55,124 nucleotides of DNA. Origin: an uncultured Gammaproteobacteria bacterium (GTDB lineage Bacteria > Patescibacteriota > Patescibacteriia > UBA9934). Under the pieces are notes generated by a model. That model was given only the letters and a program-made list of their open reading frames with translations, had not been told where the DNA came from and did not search any database. This document shows positions 26,054 to 35,875 of this stretch, in pieces. The first letter of the stretch is position 1; each line of letters opens with the position of its first letter. Made by a program: the position numbers and the translations under genes. The stretch is taken from the NCBI GenBank assembly GCA_964372415.1, contig CAYJQH010000005.1, positions 1-55,124 of the forward strand. The letters are read 5' to 3'.

Positions 26054-29008
26054 ATGTCCGACTCCCCAAAATCCGCCCACGTGAGCCAAGAACATGAAGT
26101 TTTGGCCTATTGGGATAAGCATCAGACGTTTCAAAAATCGATCGACGCCCGTCCGGCCAGCAAACCGTACACCTTTTATGATGGCCCGCCGTTTGCTACC
26201 GGGCTCCCACATTACGGACACATCGTGGCGAGCGTTATTAAAGATGTAGTGCCTCGTTTTTGGACGATGCGTGGTTATCGGGTGGAGCGGCGTTGGGGCT
26301 GGGATTGTCATGGGCTTCCCATTGAAAACATCGTCGAGAAGAAACTCGACTTGAAGTCGAAAAAAGATATTGAGGACTTTGGCGTCGGTAAGTTCAACGA
26401 GACTTGCGAGACTGTCGTTCTAGAGTACGCGGAAGCCTGGAAGACAATTATCCGTCGCCTAGGTCGCTGGGCCGACATGGACAACGCCTACCGCACCATG
26501 GACACGCCGTTCATGGAAAGTATCTGGTGGGTGTTTAAGTCTCTCTGGGAGAAGAAAATGATTTACGAAGGACATAAGCCAATGCATATGTGTCCACGTT
26601 GTGAGACAACACTTTCGAACTTTGAAGTGGCTCAGGGGTATACCGACGCTACTGATCTCACGGCAACCGTCGCCGTCGAGCTGACGAGTGGTCCCTATGC
26701 TGATGCCAAGGCGCTTGTTTGGACCACAACACCCTGGACGCTCCCGGGCAACGTTCTTCTTGCAGTGGGCGCCGACATGGAATATGTGGTCGTGGAGAGC
26801 GAAGGACAAAAGTACATCGTGGCCAAGAAGCTAGCGGACAAAGTTTTGGCAAAAAAAGAGTACAAAGTGCTTGAAACATTTGTTGGCAACAAACTCAGCG
26901 AAACCAATTACGATCCGATTTTCCCGTACTTCAACAAACACGCGAACGCCTTTCGCATCGTGGCCGCGGACTTCGTGAGCGAAGAAGAGGGGACTGGCAT
27001 CGTCCACATCGCTCCCGCTTTTGGTGAGGATGATATGCGCTTGGGCGAGGCCGAGAAGGTGAAGCCGCTCTTCCACGTCATGATGAACGGTCAATTTGTG
27101 CCCGAAGTCGCCGACGGGCTAGAGGCCGACGGCTACAAAGTGAAGGGAGTGCCCGTGAAAGCCAAGGGCGTTTACAGCGAGATCGACATTCAAATCATTA
27201 AATGGCTAGCTCACCACGGAAAATTGTTCGCCAAAGAAAAGGTAACGCACAGCTACCCACATTGTTGGCGATGTGACACCCCACTTTTGAACTATGCCGC
27301 TTCATCATGGTTTGTGCGCGTGTCAGATATTCGCGATGACCTTGTTAAGAGCAATGAAAAGATCAACTGGGTGCCAGAAAACATGAAGGAGGGTCGCTTT
27401 GGCAAGTGGCTTGAAGGGGCTCGCGACTGGGCGATCTCTCGTTCTCGTTATTGGGGCACGCCACTCCCGGTTTGGAAGTCAGAAGATGGCGATGTTCTGG
27501 TACTTGGCTCCAAAGAAGAGCTCGAAAAACTCGTCGGTCATGAGGTAAAGGACCTCCACAAGCACGTTATTGATAATCTCGTTATCACTAAAGGTGGCAA
27601 AGAGTACCGACGTATTCCTGAAGTACTCGACTGCTGGTTTGAGTCGGGTTCGATGCCGTACTCGCAGCTCCATTACCCGTTTGCCCAGGCAGTAGGGACG
27701 GGTCGCCGACCCGTCCGTACACTGCCGCCTGAATTCCCGGCGGAGTTTATTGCGGAGGGTCAGGACCAAACTCGTGGCTGGTTCTACACACTTCACGTTT
27801 TGGCTAACATTTTGTTTGGCAAGCCAGCCTTCAAGAACGTGATCGTCAACGGTATCGTGCTTGCCGAGGACGGCAAGAAGATGAGTAAGCGTTTGAACAA
27901 TTATCCTGACCCGGTTGAGGTCATGGAAAAGTATGGCGCCGACGCCGTGCGGTACTACTTAATGTCGACTCCAGTTGTCCGAGCAGAAAATCTTCGCTTT
28001 TCTGAAGCCGGCGTTGACGAAGTGAGCAAAAAATTCATCACCATTCTTCGAAATGTCTTATCGTTCTACAAGCTATACGCCGAACACGATAATGGAAAGA
28101 AGATTGTCTCAAAACATGTCCTCGACAGCTGGATTTTGGCTCGCCTGAACGAAACGTTGGTGGCGGAAACCAAGGCCATGGAAGCGTATGAGCTGTCAGA
28201 GGCCGCTCGCGTCCTCCAAAGCTTCGTAACTGACCTTTCAACCTGGTATGTGCGTCGTTCACGTGATCGTTTCCGAATACTCGCTTCCCCCCTTACGAAG
28301 GGGGGAGATGAGGGGGGTCGAGCAGATGCCTTGGCTGCTCTTGCGACCCTGCGAACCGTTCTCGACACCTTCTCCAAAATGTTGGCCCCGTTTATGCCGT
28401 TCCTTGCAGAAGTAATCCATCTGGAGCTCGCTAGTAGCCAGTCGCCAGTGGCTAGTGGCCGCAAGGTAGGCGCTTCCGTGCACCTCGAAAAGTGGCCTGA
28501 GGCCGGAAAAGTTTCTGCTGCCGTGCTCACCAAGATGGGTCAAGTTAGAGCTATCGTTTCTCGCATTATGGAGGTTCGAGAACAGGCTGGGAAGCCAGTT
28601 AAACAAGTGCTCGGCAAGGTCGTTATTTCGACCCCGAGTGGCAAAATTGATAAGGCACACCTTGTGGTCATTCTTGATGAAGTGAATATTAAGAAGGCAG
28701 AGGTCAAAAAAGGTGATCTCTCGGTTGAAGTTGATCTCGCCCTCACTCCGGAACTCATCCGCGAAGGTATCGCTCGCGAAGTCACGCGCCGCGTCAATCA
28801 ACTGCGCAAAGATGCTGGCCTCACCATCGCCAATCGTATTCACCTCAAGTTGTTCTCGGACTCCCAAGAGGTCGCAACCATGCTCAAAGAACATCACGAC
28901 GACCTCAAGCTAGATACGTTGTCGTCATCTCTTGAATTCGGCAAATCCGAGGTAAAACATCAGGTCCAATTCCGTGTAGCGGAGCAAGATATTTGGGTGG
29001 GGTTCTAG
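26054..29008 (+). CDS. ileS: Isoleucine--tRNA ligase (type 2)
   Basis: FYDGPPFATGLPHYGH, GWDCHGLP, WTTTPWTLPGN, DCWFESGSMP, DQTRGWF, KMSKR. Confidence 0.98.
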   Translation: MSDSPKSAHVSQEHEVLAYWDKHQTFQKSIDARPASKPYTFYDGPPFATGLPHYGHIVASVIKDVVPRFWTMRGYRVERRWGWDCHGLPIENIVEKKLDLKSKKDIEDFGVGKFNETCETVVLEYAEAWKTIIRRLGRWADMDNAYRTMDTPFMESIWWVFKSLWEKKMIYEGHKPMHMCPRCETTLSNFEVAQGYTDATDLTATVAVELTSGPYADAKALVWTTTPWTLPGNVLLAVGADMEYVVVESEGQKYIVAKKLADKVLAKKEYKVLETFVGNKLSETNYDPIFPYFNKHANAFRIVAADFVSEEEGTGIVHIAPAFGEDDMRLGEAEKVKPLFHVMMNGQFVPEVADGLEADGYKVKGVPVKAKGVYSEIDIQIIKWLAHHGKLFAKEKVTHSYPHCWRCDTPLLNYAASSWFVRVSDIRDDLVKSNEKINWVPENMKEGRFGKWLEGARDWAISRSRYWGTPLPVWKSEDGDVLVLGSKEELEKLVGHEVKDLHKHVIDNLVITKGGKEYRRIPEVLDCWFESGSMPYSQLHYPFAQAVGTGRRPVRTLPPEFPAEFIAEGQDQTRGWFYTLHVLANILFGKPAFKNVIVNGIVLAEDGKKMSKRLNNYPDPVEVMEKYGADAVRYYLMSTPVVRAENLRFSEAGVDEVSKKFITILRNVLSFYKLYAEHDNGKKIVSKHVLDSWILARLNETLVAETKAMEAYELSEAARVLQSFVTDLSTWYVRRSRDRFRILASPLTKGGDEGGRADALAALATLRTVLDTFSKMLAPFMPFLAEVIHLELASSQSPVASGRKVGASVHLEKWPEAGKVSAAVLTKMGQVRAIVSRIMEVREQAGKPVKQVLGKVVISTPSGKIDKAHLVVILDEVNIKKAEVKKGDLSVEVDLALTPELIREGIAREVTRRVNQLRKDAGLTIANRIHLKLFSDSQEVATMLKEHHDDLKLDTLSSSLEFGKSEVKHQVQFRVAEQDIWVGF
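27692..27720. repeat. GTAG-type REP palindrome inside ileS, in frame
   Basis: GTAGGGACGGGTCGCCGACCCGTCCGTAC; near-identical intergenic copy at 49016-49044. Confidence 0.85.
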
Positions 29009-29062
29009 AGCTGGATCTTTGTTAGTTAATCTGTTAGCCTGTGGCCGCCAAGGAGGCGCTTC

Positions 29063-30418
29063 ATGAGTAAAGTAGTTTCTTGTAGGAGCGGTAACTACGA
29101 GCTGCCCTTCATCGAACATGTCTCAAGTTTGCCGGCTGGTTCCCGCATGTTCGAGACGGAGCAGAAACTGTTCGCCTACCGGGCGCAGCATCCCGGAGAA
29201 GAAACTTTTCTCGGAACTGCTCAGGGTGATGGCGCCGCGACTCTTGGTGGTCTATCCGTTGAGGAGATCAACTACGCCAATACTCGATATTACCCGATTA
29301 CTAACGCCACGGCGTACGGCAATCCGTTCGGGCATTCCATGGTGCGGCGGGCCATCGTCGAGAACCTTCACGGCTCACCGGCTGGTCTTACCTCAAACCA
29401 CGTGATCATGAAGGCCGGCGGGCGTCATGCCATCTCTTCGTGCATGAATCTCGTGCGCCAGCGCACTGGCCTCTTTGGGGCCTACACCGTGTTGCCTGCG
29501 GTGGCCTGGATTTCTTACGGTCCGATCCTTCAGGCTGCCGGTTTGAACGTCATCTACGCGCCAGGTGACAAGGTCGCTCGCTACAAGGTTACTCCGTCGG
29601 CTCTCAGGGCTTGCGCGGAATACGCGCGGAACAATGAGCGTCCGCTCGTGGCTCTCATCCTTACCACTCCCGACAACCCGACGTCTCAGAGCTATACCGA
29701 AGAAGAGCTTGAAAAGCTCATCGAGACGGCGGTTGAGCTTGGCCTTAAACACGTGTTTCTTGACCTCATGTACGACCTCGTCATGGGAGAAGGAAACAAG
29801 CGGCTCGATATGCCTAGCTTGTACCTCAAGTTGAGCCCCGCTTCTCGACAGGCTCTTATCGTGATGGGCGGCATTACAAAGTGCATCGGGGCGAGTTCAG
29901 TGGGTTCGGCTTATCTTATGTGTAGTGACCAAGAGTTCGTGCAAGCACTCGCGAACCAAGCGAGCCACCTCGGGCTCCCGAATGATGGGCAGGCTGTGGC
30001 TCTCGAGGTATTCGGCAGTCGTCATCGTGATGGCTCGTATCTGCCTCCTGATCGTCACCCCTGGGTGCAACGAATCGTGCGGGCGGTTAACGAGTCGCGG
30101 TCAAGCCTCCTCTCGGTCATGGGGGCCGCCGGATTGGAGTTTTGGGCTGAGAACGGTTACTACGCTTGGCTCAACGTGAGCCGTTATCTGGGCTGCCGCT
30201 TCTTGGTTGATAATCAAGCGCAGTCGCTTGATAGCGTGGAGGCGATCGCGAGCCACCTGATCGCCAACTTCGGGGTAGCCGTGGTTCCAGGTAGCGCTTT
30301 CATGCCAGGGCATGGAGACAAGGACCACTGGGTCAGGGTGTCTCTTGCTAACGACCCGGGGTACACGCATCGGGCCGCCGAGCGCCTCCGCGACGGCCTG
30401 GCCGTCCTCGTAAAGTAG
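29063..30418 (+). CDS. Divergent class I/II PLP-dependent aminotransferase-like protein
   Basis: TAYGNPFG, AGGRHAI, WISY, TPDNPTS, DLMY, GGITK, VVPGSAF, WVRVSLA; AAGGAGG SD. Confidence 0.88.
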   Translation: MSKVVSCRSGNYELPFIEHVSSLPAGSRMFETEQKLFAYRAQHPGEETFLGTAQGDGAATLGGLSVEEINYANTRYYPITNATAYGNPFGHSMVRRAIVENLHGSPAGLTSNHVIMKAGGRHAISSCMNLVRQRTGLFGAYTVLPAVAWISYGPILQAAGLNVIYAPGDKVARYKVTPSALRACAEYARNNERPLVALILTTPDNPTSQSYTEEELEKLIETAVELGLKHVFLDLMYDLVMGEGNKRLDMPSLYLKLSPASRQALIVMGGITKCIGASSVGSAYLMCSDQEFVQALANQASHLGLPNDGQAVALEVFGSRHRDGSYLPPDRHPWVQRIVRAVNESRSSLLSVMGAAGLEFWAENGYYAWLNVSRYLGCRFLVDNQAQSLDSVEAIASHLIANFGVAVVPGSAFMPGHGDKDHWVRVSLANDPGYTHRAAERLRDGLAVLVK

Positions 30419-30441
30419 TCCAACTCAGTCACTCCTCTGCT

Positions 30442-30470
30442 CCCACGAGCCAAGCGCTCGTGGGTTTTTG
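30442..30470 (+). terminator. Intrinsic terminator
   Basis: CCCACGAGC-CAAGC-GCTCGTGGG-TTTTT. Confidence 0.8.
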
Positions 30471-30619
30471 TTATAAGTGTTAGCATGGTGAGTGCCAATA
30501 TGGGCTGTTAACCATTTCCAAATTTGAATGTGTTTATTTACCTTTTTATAAATAATAATTTTTTGTGTCTTACTTTAACTGAGTACAATAATTATATTTT
30601 GAGGTAACATATTCCTGTT

Positions 30620-31459
30620 GTGTTCGTTATTTCTCCAATCGATACAGTACTTCTTTCCCCTCGGAACGACGAAGAGTCGCTCCAAATTTTGAAATTAGCT
30701 AAAGCGATGGAGATTCCTACGGTGATTTCGAATCAACCACATGGCGCGCGGCTCGCCAACGAAGAAAAACTTCTTGAGCGGCTACGGGCGGCGAATCCGC
30801 ACGCCAAGTATGTGGTCATAATCGAAATTCCCGGGCCTGAGGTTGAGGGCAAGCTATCCGCCGCCGGCTATCAGGTTATTGTCATCGACCATCACCAGTA
30901 TGAAGGGCTCGACCGGATGAAAAACGAGAGTTCACTTGAACAATTTTTACAAACTTTTGGTCTTGATGACGCTCAGCTTTGTGAGTTAGGGTTTGAACCG
31001 AGTCTCGTACGCGGCGTAGGAATCATTGACCGCGGATTTTTGTGGGAGCTTAAACGTGAGGGTTATTCGTTTGAGGAAGCCAGAAAGGCACGCGACTACT
31101 ATCGACGCTTAAGCGAAGAGCTCGGCGGTGATGTGCAATCTTCCGAGGTAGTTGTTAGGGAAGCGTGGCAGAAAAAGGAGATCAAAAACGGCATCAGCAT
31201 TTATCGTTCAACAAACGAAAAAGTTCATATTCGAGAAGCTATCTCGTTTCTTGTTGCCGATGTTTACGATGAGCCACCGACGAGCATAATTGTTGAAGGC
31301 GACGGGCAGATTAGTGTGCAGGATACGGTTAAAGCGACCAAGCTTTTTAAGCAATTCGGGGGGTATTTATTTGGCAAAAATTTGTGTTGGGGGTTTCAAC
31401 CAAGGTCCGATAAAAAGACCCCGTCTATAGATCAGATTCTTACAGTTTTGCTAGAATGA
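30620..31459 (+). CDS. DHH-motif phosphoesterase-like hypothetical protein (NrN-like)
   Basis: NDEES, IIEIPG, VIDHH, SSLEQF, IIDRGF. Confidence 0.65.
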   Translation: MFVISPIDTVLLSPRNDEESLQILKLAKAMEIPTVISNQPHGARLANEEKLLERLRAANPHAKYVVIIEIPGPEVEGKLSAAGYQVIVIDHHQYEGLDRMKNESSLEQFLQTFGLDDAQLCELGFEPSLVRGVGIIDRGFLWELKREGYSFEEARKARDYYRRLSEELGGDVQSSEVVVREAWQKKEIKNGISIYRSTNEKVHIREAISFLVADVYDEPPTSIIVEGDGQISVQDTVKATKLFKQFGGYLFGKNLCWGFQPRSDKKTPSIDQILTVLLE

Positions 31460-31465
31460 AGACAC

Positions 31466-32629
31466 ATGTTTCATGAGGCTCGCCAGTATCCGGCTACTAA
31501 ATACCTCCTCAACTGGCTTGATGAGGTTGTATTGACTGAGGAACGCTTGGATCACGCCGAAAAGATACTGCGCGGGCTCACGGCGAAGGTGGCAGTAGTC
31601 GGAAAATTTTTTACTACTCCTCAAACCCCACCGCATCACGCCGAGGGGCCTTACTTGAGCGATCACATAAAGCGAATACTGGCAACGATTTCGGCGATTG
31701 ACATGGGAGCGAGCTTGGCTCAAGTCGAAGAGTTTGCGCGTGAAAAAGATTGGCTCTTGGAGTTTCAAAAAATTGAGGAGACTATTCGGGCTAACAGCGC
31801 CTTTTTGTCAGCCTATGCCGTGCTGCACGATATTGCTAAACCAAAAGTTATAACTTTTTCCTCAACCACGGTGGGGGAGGTAAGTCCCGTGGGAACAATA
31901 GAGGTCTTTGACAAAAGATTTCGGGCTTTTGCCGCCGCTCATGGGGCGCTCACGGGCAAAATTTTGGTAACTCAGTTCTTTAAGCAGTTCGGAATCCGCG
32001 CTCATTATGAAGGGCATGAGCGGCTTGCCGCAAGCGATAGTTATGCTGAAGCGCGTCAACAGGTGCTGACATTTTTTAATCTCCCCTTAAGTCACGCAAA
32101 ACTGCTTAACGAGCTCGTTCGTTGTCATTTAGACGTCATTCATAGCTTCCAAAAGGGAGCAGATCAGGCACAATATAGAGTCTTAGAGAGGCTGCCTGAC
32201 AAACAGGGCTTAAATGCCAATTTATTTTTGGAATTGGTGCCGTCTGCTCTGTTTCTAGACGACATCGCCGGCAGCCTGGTATATACAACTGATCAAAAAT
32301 TCGCTTCTCAAATAACGTCGCTTACTAATTTTTTTAAAGCAGAACGAAGCGTTCAACCACTGCATCACGAGGAACGTCTTCGGCAGGCGCTTCGTGGACG
32401 CAAACAAGCAGTCAAATACATTCTATCGGAAGCTAAGCTCGACCCTGAAACGGTATTTGCCCTCCTTGTTACGCCTATTGGACCCATACGTGGGCAAGTG
32501 ATGGAACAAATTTATGAGCTAATAACTCATCCTGATGGTGATTATGATTTTGGCCCTCATACCAATGATCTGAAGAAGCGTGCTACCCTGGCTAAACGAC
32601 TCTTGATAGAGCGCGGACTTGAGCTATGA
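31466..32629 (+). CDS. HD-domain phosphohydrolase
   Basis: PHHAEG..DH, VLHDIAKP, HYEGHE, C-terminal PIGPIRGQV. Confidence 0.75.
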   Translation: MFHEARQYPATKYLLNWLDEVVLTEERLDHAEKILRGLTAKVAVVGKFFTTPQTPPHHAEGPYLSDHIKRILATISAIDMGASLAQVEEFAREKDWLLEFQKIEETIRANSAFLSAYAVLHDIAKPKVITFSSTTVGEVSPVGTIEVFDKRFRAFAAAHGALTGKILVTQFFKQFGIRAHYEGHERLAASDSYAEARQQVLTFFNLPLSHAKLLNELVRCHLDVIHSFQKGADQAQYRVLERLPDKQGLNANLFLELVPSALFLDDIAGSLVYTTDQKFASQITSLTNFFKAERSVQPLHHEERLRQALRGRKQAVKYILSEAKLDPETVFALLVTPIGPIRGQVMEQIYELITHPDGDYDFGPHTNDLKKRATLAKRLLIERGLEL

Positions 32630-33174
32630 TCAACTATCTTGAAGGCACGGTTGTTGATCACGAGGGGGACGTAATTACGGTTGCCGCGGGTGGCATCGGT
32701 TACGGTGTTCACGTTACCCGACCGACCGTTGAAGTGGGGGATAGGGTAAAATTTTTTATTACTGAGGTAATCCGTGAAGACAAATTCGACCTGTACGGTT
32801 TTCCCACCAAAGATGAAAAAGCCTTATTTGGTCTTTTGATCGACGTTCAAGGTGTCGGCCCCAGGATGGCCCAAAAAATTCTTTCAGCCGCGAGCCCGGA
32901 GGCTTTGCGAGGACACATAGAAAAGGGCGATCTCGCCTTCTTTACCTCAATCTCTGGAGTGGGTAAGAAAACGGCACAGAAAATTATTCTCGACTTGAAA
33001 GGCATTATTGTTACCGAAGGCTTAAAGCATGAACTGAGCGATGATGTGACCGACGCTCTTCAGAGTTTGGGCTATAGTTATTTTGACATAAAGGAAGTTT
33101 TACCCCACGTGATTGGTGCAACACCCGAAGAAAGAGTAAAATCTGCCTTACAATTGATTGGTAAACGTAAATAA
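32626..33174 (+). CDS. ruvA: Holliday junction branch migration protein RuvA
   Basis: MINYLEG, GGIGY, IRED..LYGF, VQGVGPRMA, ISGVGKKTAQKIILDLK, ALQSLGY. Confidence 0.97.
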   Translation: MINYLEGTVVDHEGDVITVAAGGIGYGVHVTRPTVEVGDRVKFFITEVIREDKFDLYGFPTKDEKALFGLLIDVQGVGPRMAQKILSAASPEALRGHIEKGDLAFFTSISGVGKKTAQKIILDLKGIIVTEGLKHELSDDVTDALQSLGYSYFDIKEVLPHVIGATPEERVKSALQLIGKRK

Positions 33175-33176
33175 TT

Positions 33177-34130
33177 GTGGAGGCTAAGGCGTGGAACGGA
33201 TTGGTTCAAGAGCACAAGCCCCCATTTGGGGCTTTTTTACAGTCATGGGAATGGGGTGAGTTTCAACGCTCACTTGGTTTTGACGTGGTTCGTTTGTCCG
33301 AGGACACCCCAGATGGCTTTGTGCTGTCTCAAGCAATACGGATCGTTCTTCCCCTCAGGATTTCTTATTGGTACGTGCCCAAAGGACCGCTTGGTACGAT
33401 GCCGGTATCTAAGGTGATTGAATTTTTGCAAGCAAAACTACCGCCGGCTGCTTTTTTTAAAATTGAACCGTCTGCTACGCCTACAGAACTCACAAGAAGT
33501 GTCGATCGCCAACCCTCGGTCACTACGATATTGGACCTTACTAAACCTTACGATAAGTTAGTTGAAGAAATGAAATCAAAAACTCGGTATAACATTCGTC
33601 TGGCTGAGAAAAAAGGGGTTACTTCACGGGTAGTCGAGCTTGAGGCCTTTGACGACTTTACACGTCTCATGGAACAAACTGCCGAGCGCGATGCTTTTTC
33701 TCTCCATGATTTGCAGCGCTACAAAAAAATGCTTGAAGTACTTACGACTGACGGCTGCCGCGCTTTCCTGGCCATGGCTTTTTACGAAGACCGACCACTT
33801 GCCGCCACTCTCATGATCGATGCTTTTGGTAGCCGAACCTACCTGCACGGCGCCTCGAGCAATTTGTACCGCAACGTCATGGCTCCTTACGCTCTGCACG
33901 CTTTTCTTATTCGTGATGCGCAAGAAAAGGGTTTCACGAGTTACGACTTTTGGGGTATCGCCCCGCCTGAGGCTAGTGAAAATCATCCCTGGGCTGGAAT
34001 TTCACGTTTTAAATTAGGTTTCGGTGGCTCGATTACCATTATGCCAGGAACTTTTGATATCGCTAAAAATATTTTTGCTTACGGTTTGTATAACCTAGCT
34101 CAGAAGTTACGAACAGGCGGCGTGAAATAA
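33177..34130 (+). CDS. FemAB/FemX peptidoglycan bridge aminoacyltransferase
   Basis: FLQSWEWGEF, YVPKGP, KTRYNIRLAEKKGV, YLHGAS, YDFWGI, GISRFKLGFGG. Confidence 0.93.
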   Translation: MEAKAWNGLVQEHKPPFGAFLQSWEWGEFQRSLGFDVVRLSEDTPDGFVLSQAIRIVLPLRISYWYVPKGPLGTMPVSKVIEFLQAKLPPAAFFKIEPSATPTELTRSVDRQPSVTTILDLTKPYDKLVEEMKSKTRYNIRLAEKKGVTSRVVELEAFDDFTRLMEQTAERDAFSLHDLQRYKKMLEVLTTDGCRAFLAMAFYEDRPLAATLMIDAFGSRTYLHGASSNLYRNVMAPYALHAFLIRDAQEKGFTSYDFWGIAPPEASENHPWAGISRFKLGFGGSITIMPGTFDIAKNIFAYGLYNLAQKLRTGGVK

Positions 34131-34155
34131 AAACAGCCGCGGTAGCGGCTAAGTG

Positions 34156-34650
34156 TTAGGCAACGGTACGGATAGAACCATGCTTAGTGAGAGTCAATTC
34201 GAGTGCTGCCTCAAGCATTCTCACGAATTCAGAGGGATCGTTGAGCTGGTCTTTGAGTACTGAAAACGACACAGCTCGTTCTGGTACGGCCATCGCCCGC
34301 GTTAACATTTTTCCGCGTTTCGTAGGAGGCGGTGAAGTTTCTCCCGTAATGGTGAGCTTACTCAGCTTGTCGCGTTCGAGGGCGTTAGCACAGACGCAGA
34401 TAACGGGACCGGATAACTTGGCATGCTTTAGGAAGGCGTTGACGTATCCAAGACCGACGTCGGCGTCAATGAGAAGCAGTGCTACATCGTAATCCCTGAG
34501 AAGTTTTTCGCCGTCGCTGATGAACTCGAAGCGGGTTAGGGTGAGCGCTAGATGAGCACCCCAGTTGACGAGGACGTGATTCAGCTCCTCCAGAGTCATA
34601 GCTTCGTTGTTGCTCAGGAAGGCGAGGTGTCGCCGGGCAGGTTCTCGCAA
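34156..34650 (-). CDS. Hypothetical protein
   Basis: GGAGG before TTG start; 164-aa ORF filling the gap. Confidence 0.6.
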   Translation of the reverse strand: MREPARRHLAFLSNNEAMTLEELNHVLVNWGAHLALTLTRFEFISDGEKLLRDYDVALLLIDADVGLGYVNAFLKHAKLSGPVICVCANALERDKLSKLTITGETSPPPTKRGKMLTRAMAVPERAVSFSVLKDQLNDPSEFVRMLEAALELTLTKHGSIRTVA

Positions 34651-34740
34651 GGAGCCTCCGGGAAGATGTAACGCGTGGCTACTTTAACATAATAAAATCC
34701 CCTCCGATCCACCTTTTCACAGGCGGGGGAGGGGTGCGGG

Positions 34741-35709
34741 TCAGTTGCCCGTGGCCTGGGCTGCGGCCTTGCGCTCGGCCTTGGACAGCTTCTTCGGCTG
34801 TTCGCTCGCGGCGCCGTCTGGCGCCTCGTCGCTGTCCGATCGCTTGTGGCGACGGGCGGCGCTCCCGAGCTTCTTGACCTTGCGCTTCGGCGCCTCGTTG
34901 ACCGGGACGACGTTCTGGCCGCCCAAGTCCATGTCCTCGTCGTCGGGCGTTTGCGCCGCCAGACGTTCGACCTCGAGCTCGCTCCAGGCGTCCCGGGCGT
35001 TCTTGAGGGTGATGTTCGGGCGCTTGTCCAGAATCACCTTGGCACAGTCCTGGCAGAAGCTGAAGATTTGGAGCTTGGCTCCTTCGCCGCGCACCATCGC
35101 CTTCATCTCGGGAGCCGGGAGGCCACCCGTGGGGCAGGATGCGCTACCAAAATGCCCGTGGGTCAGGCACTGCAGTTCCAAGGTCTCGCCGTAGCCGCGC
35201 CTCCCAGAGAACTGGACGCGCTCGCCGGCCACGATCTTATCGACGAGCCGGACGATCCGCGAAGCCCGGTCGGCAGCTTCGACAGCCGCCCGCTGGCTCA
35301 AGTTCACGAAGACCGGCAGGTACCGGTTGATGTCCTTGAACTTGGCCCGACCGACGTGGTCCGTGTGGGCGTTGATCTGGCCCGCCGCGAACTTGGCGCA
35401 GTCGGGGCACAGGACGTCATTCGGGCCGGGCAGTCGCTTGAAGCGCTTGACGAGCCCAGGCGAGAGGTACAGCTTCTCGAGTTCGCCCGCGTCCGAAGCC
35501 GCGCTGAATTCGGGGTTGACCTGCCACTGCTCCGAACTAATCACGAGGGCCTTGTTCTCACTGCATTCCGTGCGCAGGCACGCCTTGGCGTTTTTCGACG
35601 CCTTGTACCACGTCTCGCAGCAGAGATTCTGCTCGTCGCCGCGGGGCGTCATTCTGCCGCCGTGCTCCTCGCAGCGGCCGTGCTGGTTCATGACACACGT
35701 CCTCAACAT
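34741..35709 (-). CDS. Cys-rich multi zinc-finger-like orphan with charged disordered tail
   Basis: GGAGGT SD; CEEHG, CCETW, CLRTEC, CPDC, CLTHG..C, CQDC; high GC3. Confidence 0.8.
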   Translation of the reverse strand: MLRTCVMNQHGRCEEHGGRMTPRGDEQNLCCETWYKASKNAKACLRTECSENKALVISSEQWQVNPEFSAASDAGELEKLYLSPGLVKRFKRLPGPNDVLCPDCAKFAAGQINAHTDHVGRAKFKDINRYLPVFVNLSQRAAVEAADRASRIVRLVDKIVAGERVQFSGRRGYGETLELQCLTHGHFGSASCPTGGLPAPEMKAMVRGEGAKLQIFSFCQDCAKVILDKRPNITLKNARDAWSELEVERLAAQTPDDEDMDLGGQNVVPVNEAPKRKVKKLGSAARRHKRSDSDEAPDGAASEQPKKLSKAERKAAAQATGN

Positions 35710-35776
35710 TGCGACCTCCGTGGGGTGGGGTCTGCCTCAGCCGGGGAAGAGCCGAGGGTCTCATGAGAGACAACGT

Positions 35777-35805
35777 AGCCTAACGTTTTTTAGGCTAAAA
35801 GTCAA
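35777..35805 (-). promoter_or_regulatory. Putative sigma70 promoter
   Basis: TTGACT-17-TAGGCT on minus strand. Confidence 0.5.
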
Positions 35806-35875
35806 GCCTTTAGTTAGCAAGTACTTGGTTATAACCGAACACCAAGCGTGTTCAGTAATGTGGTAAAATATACCT

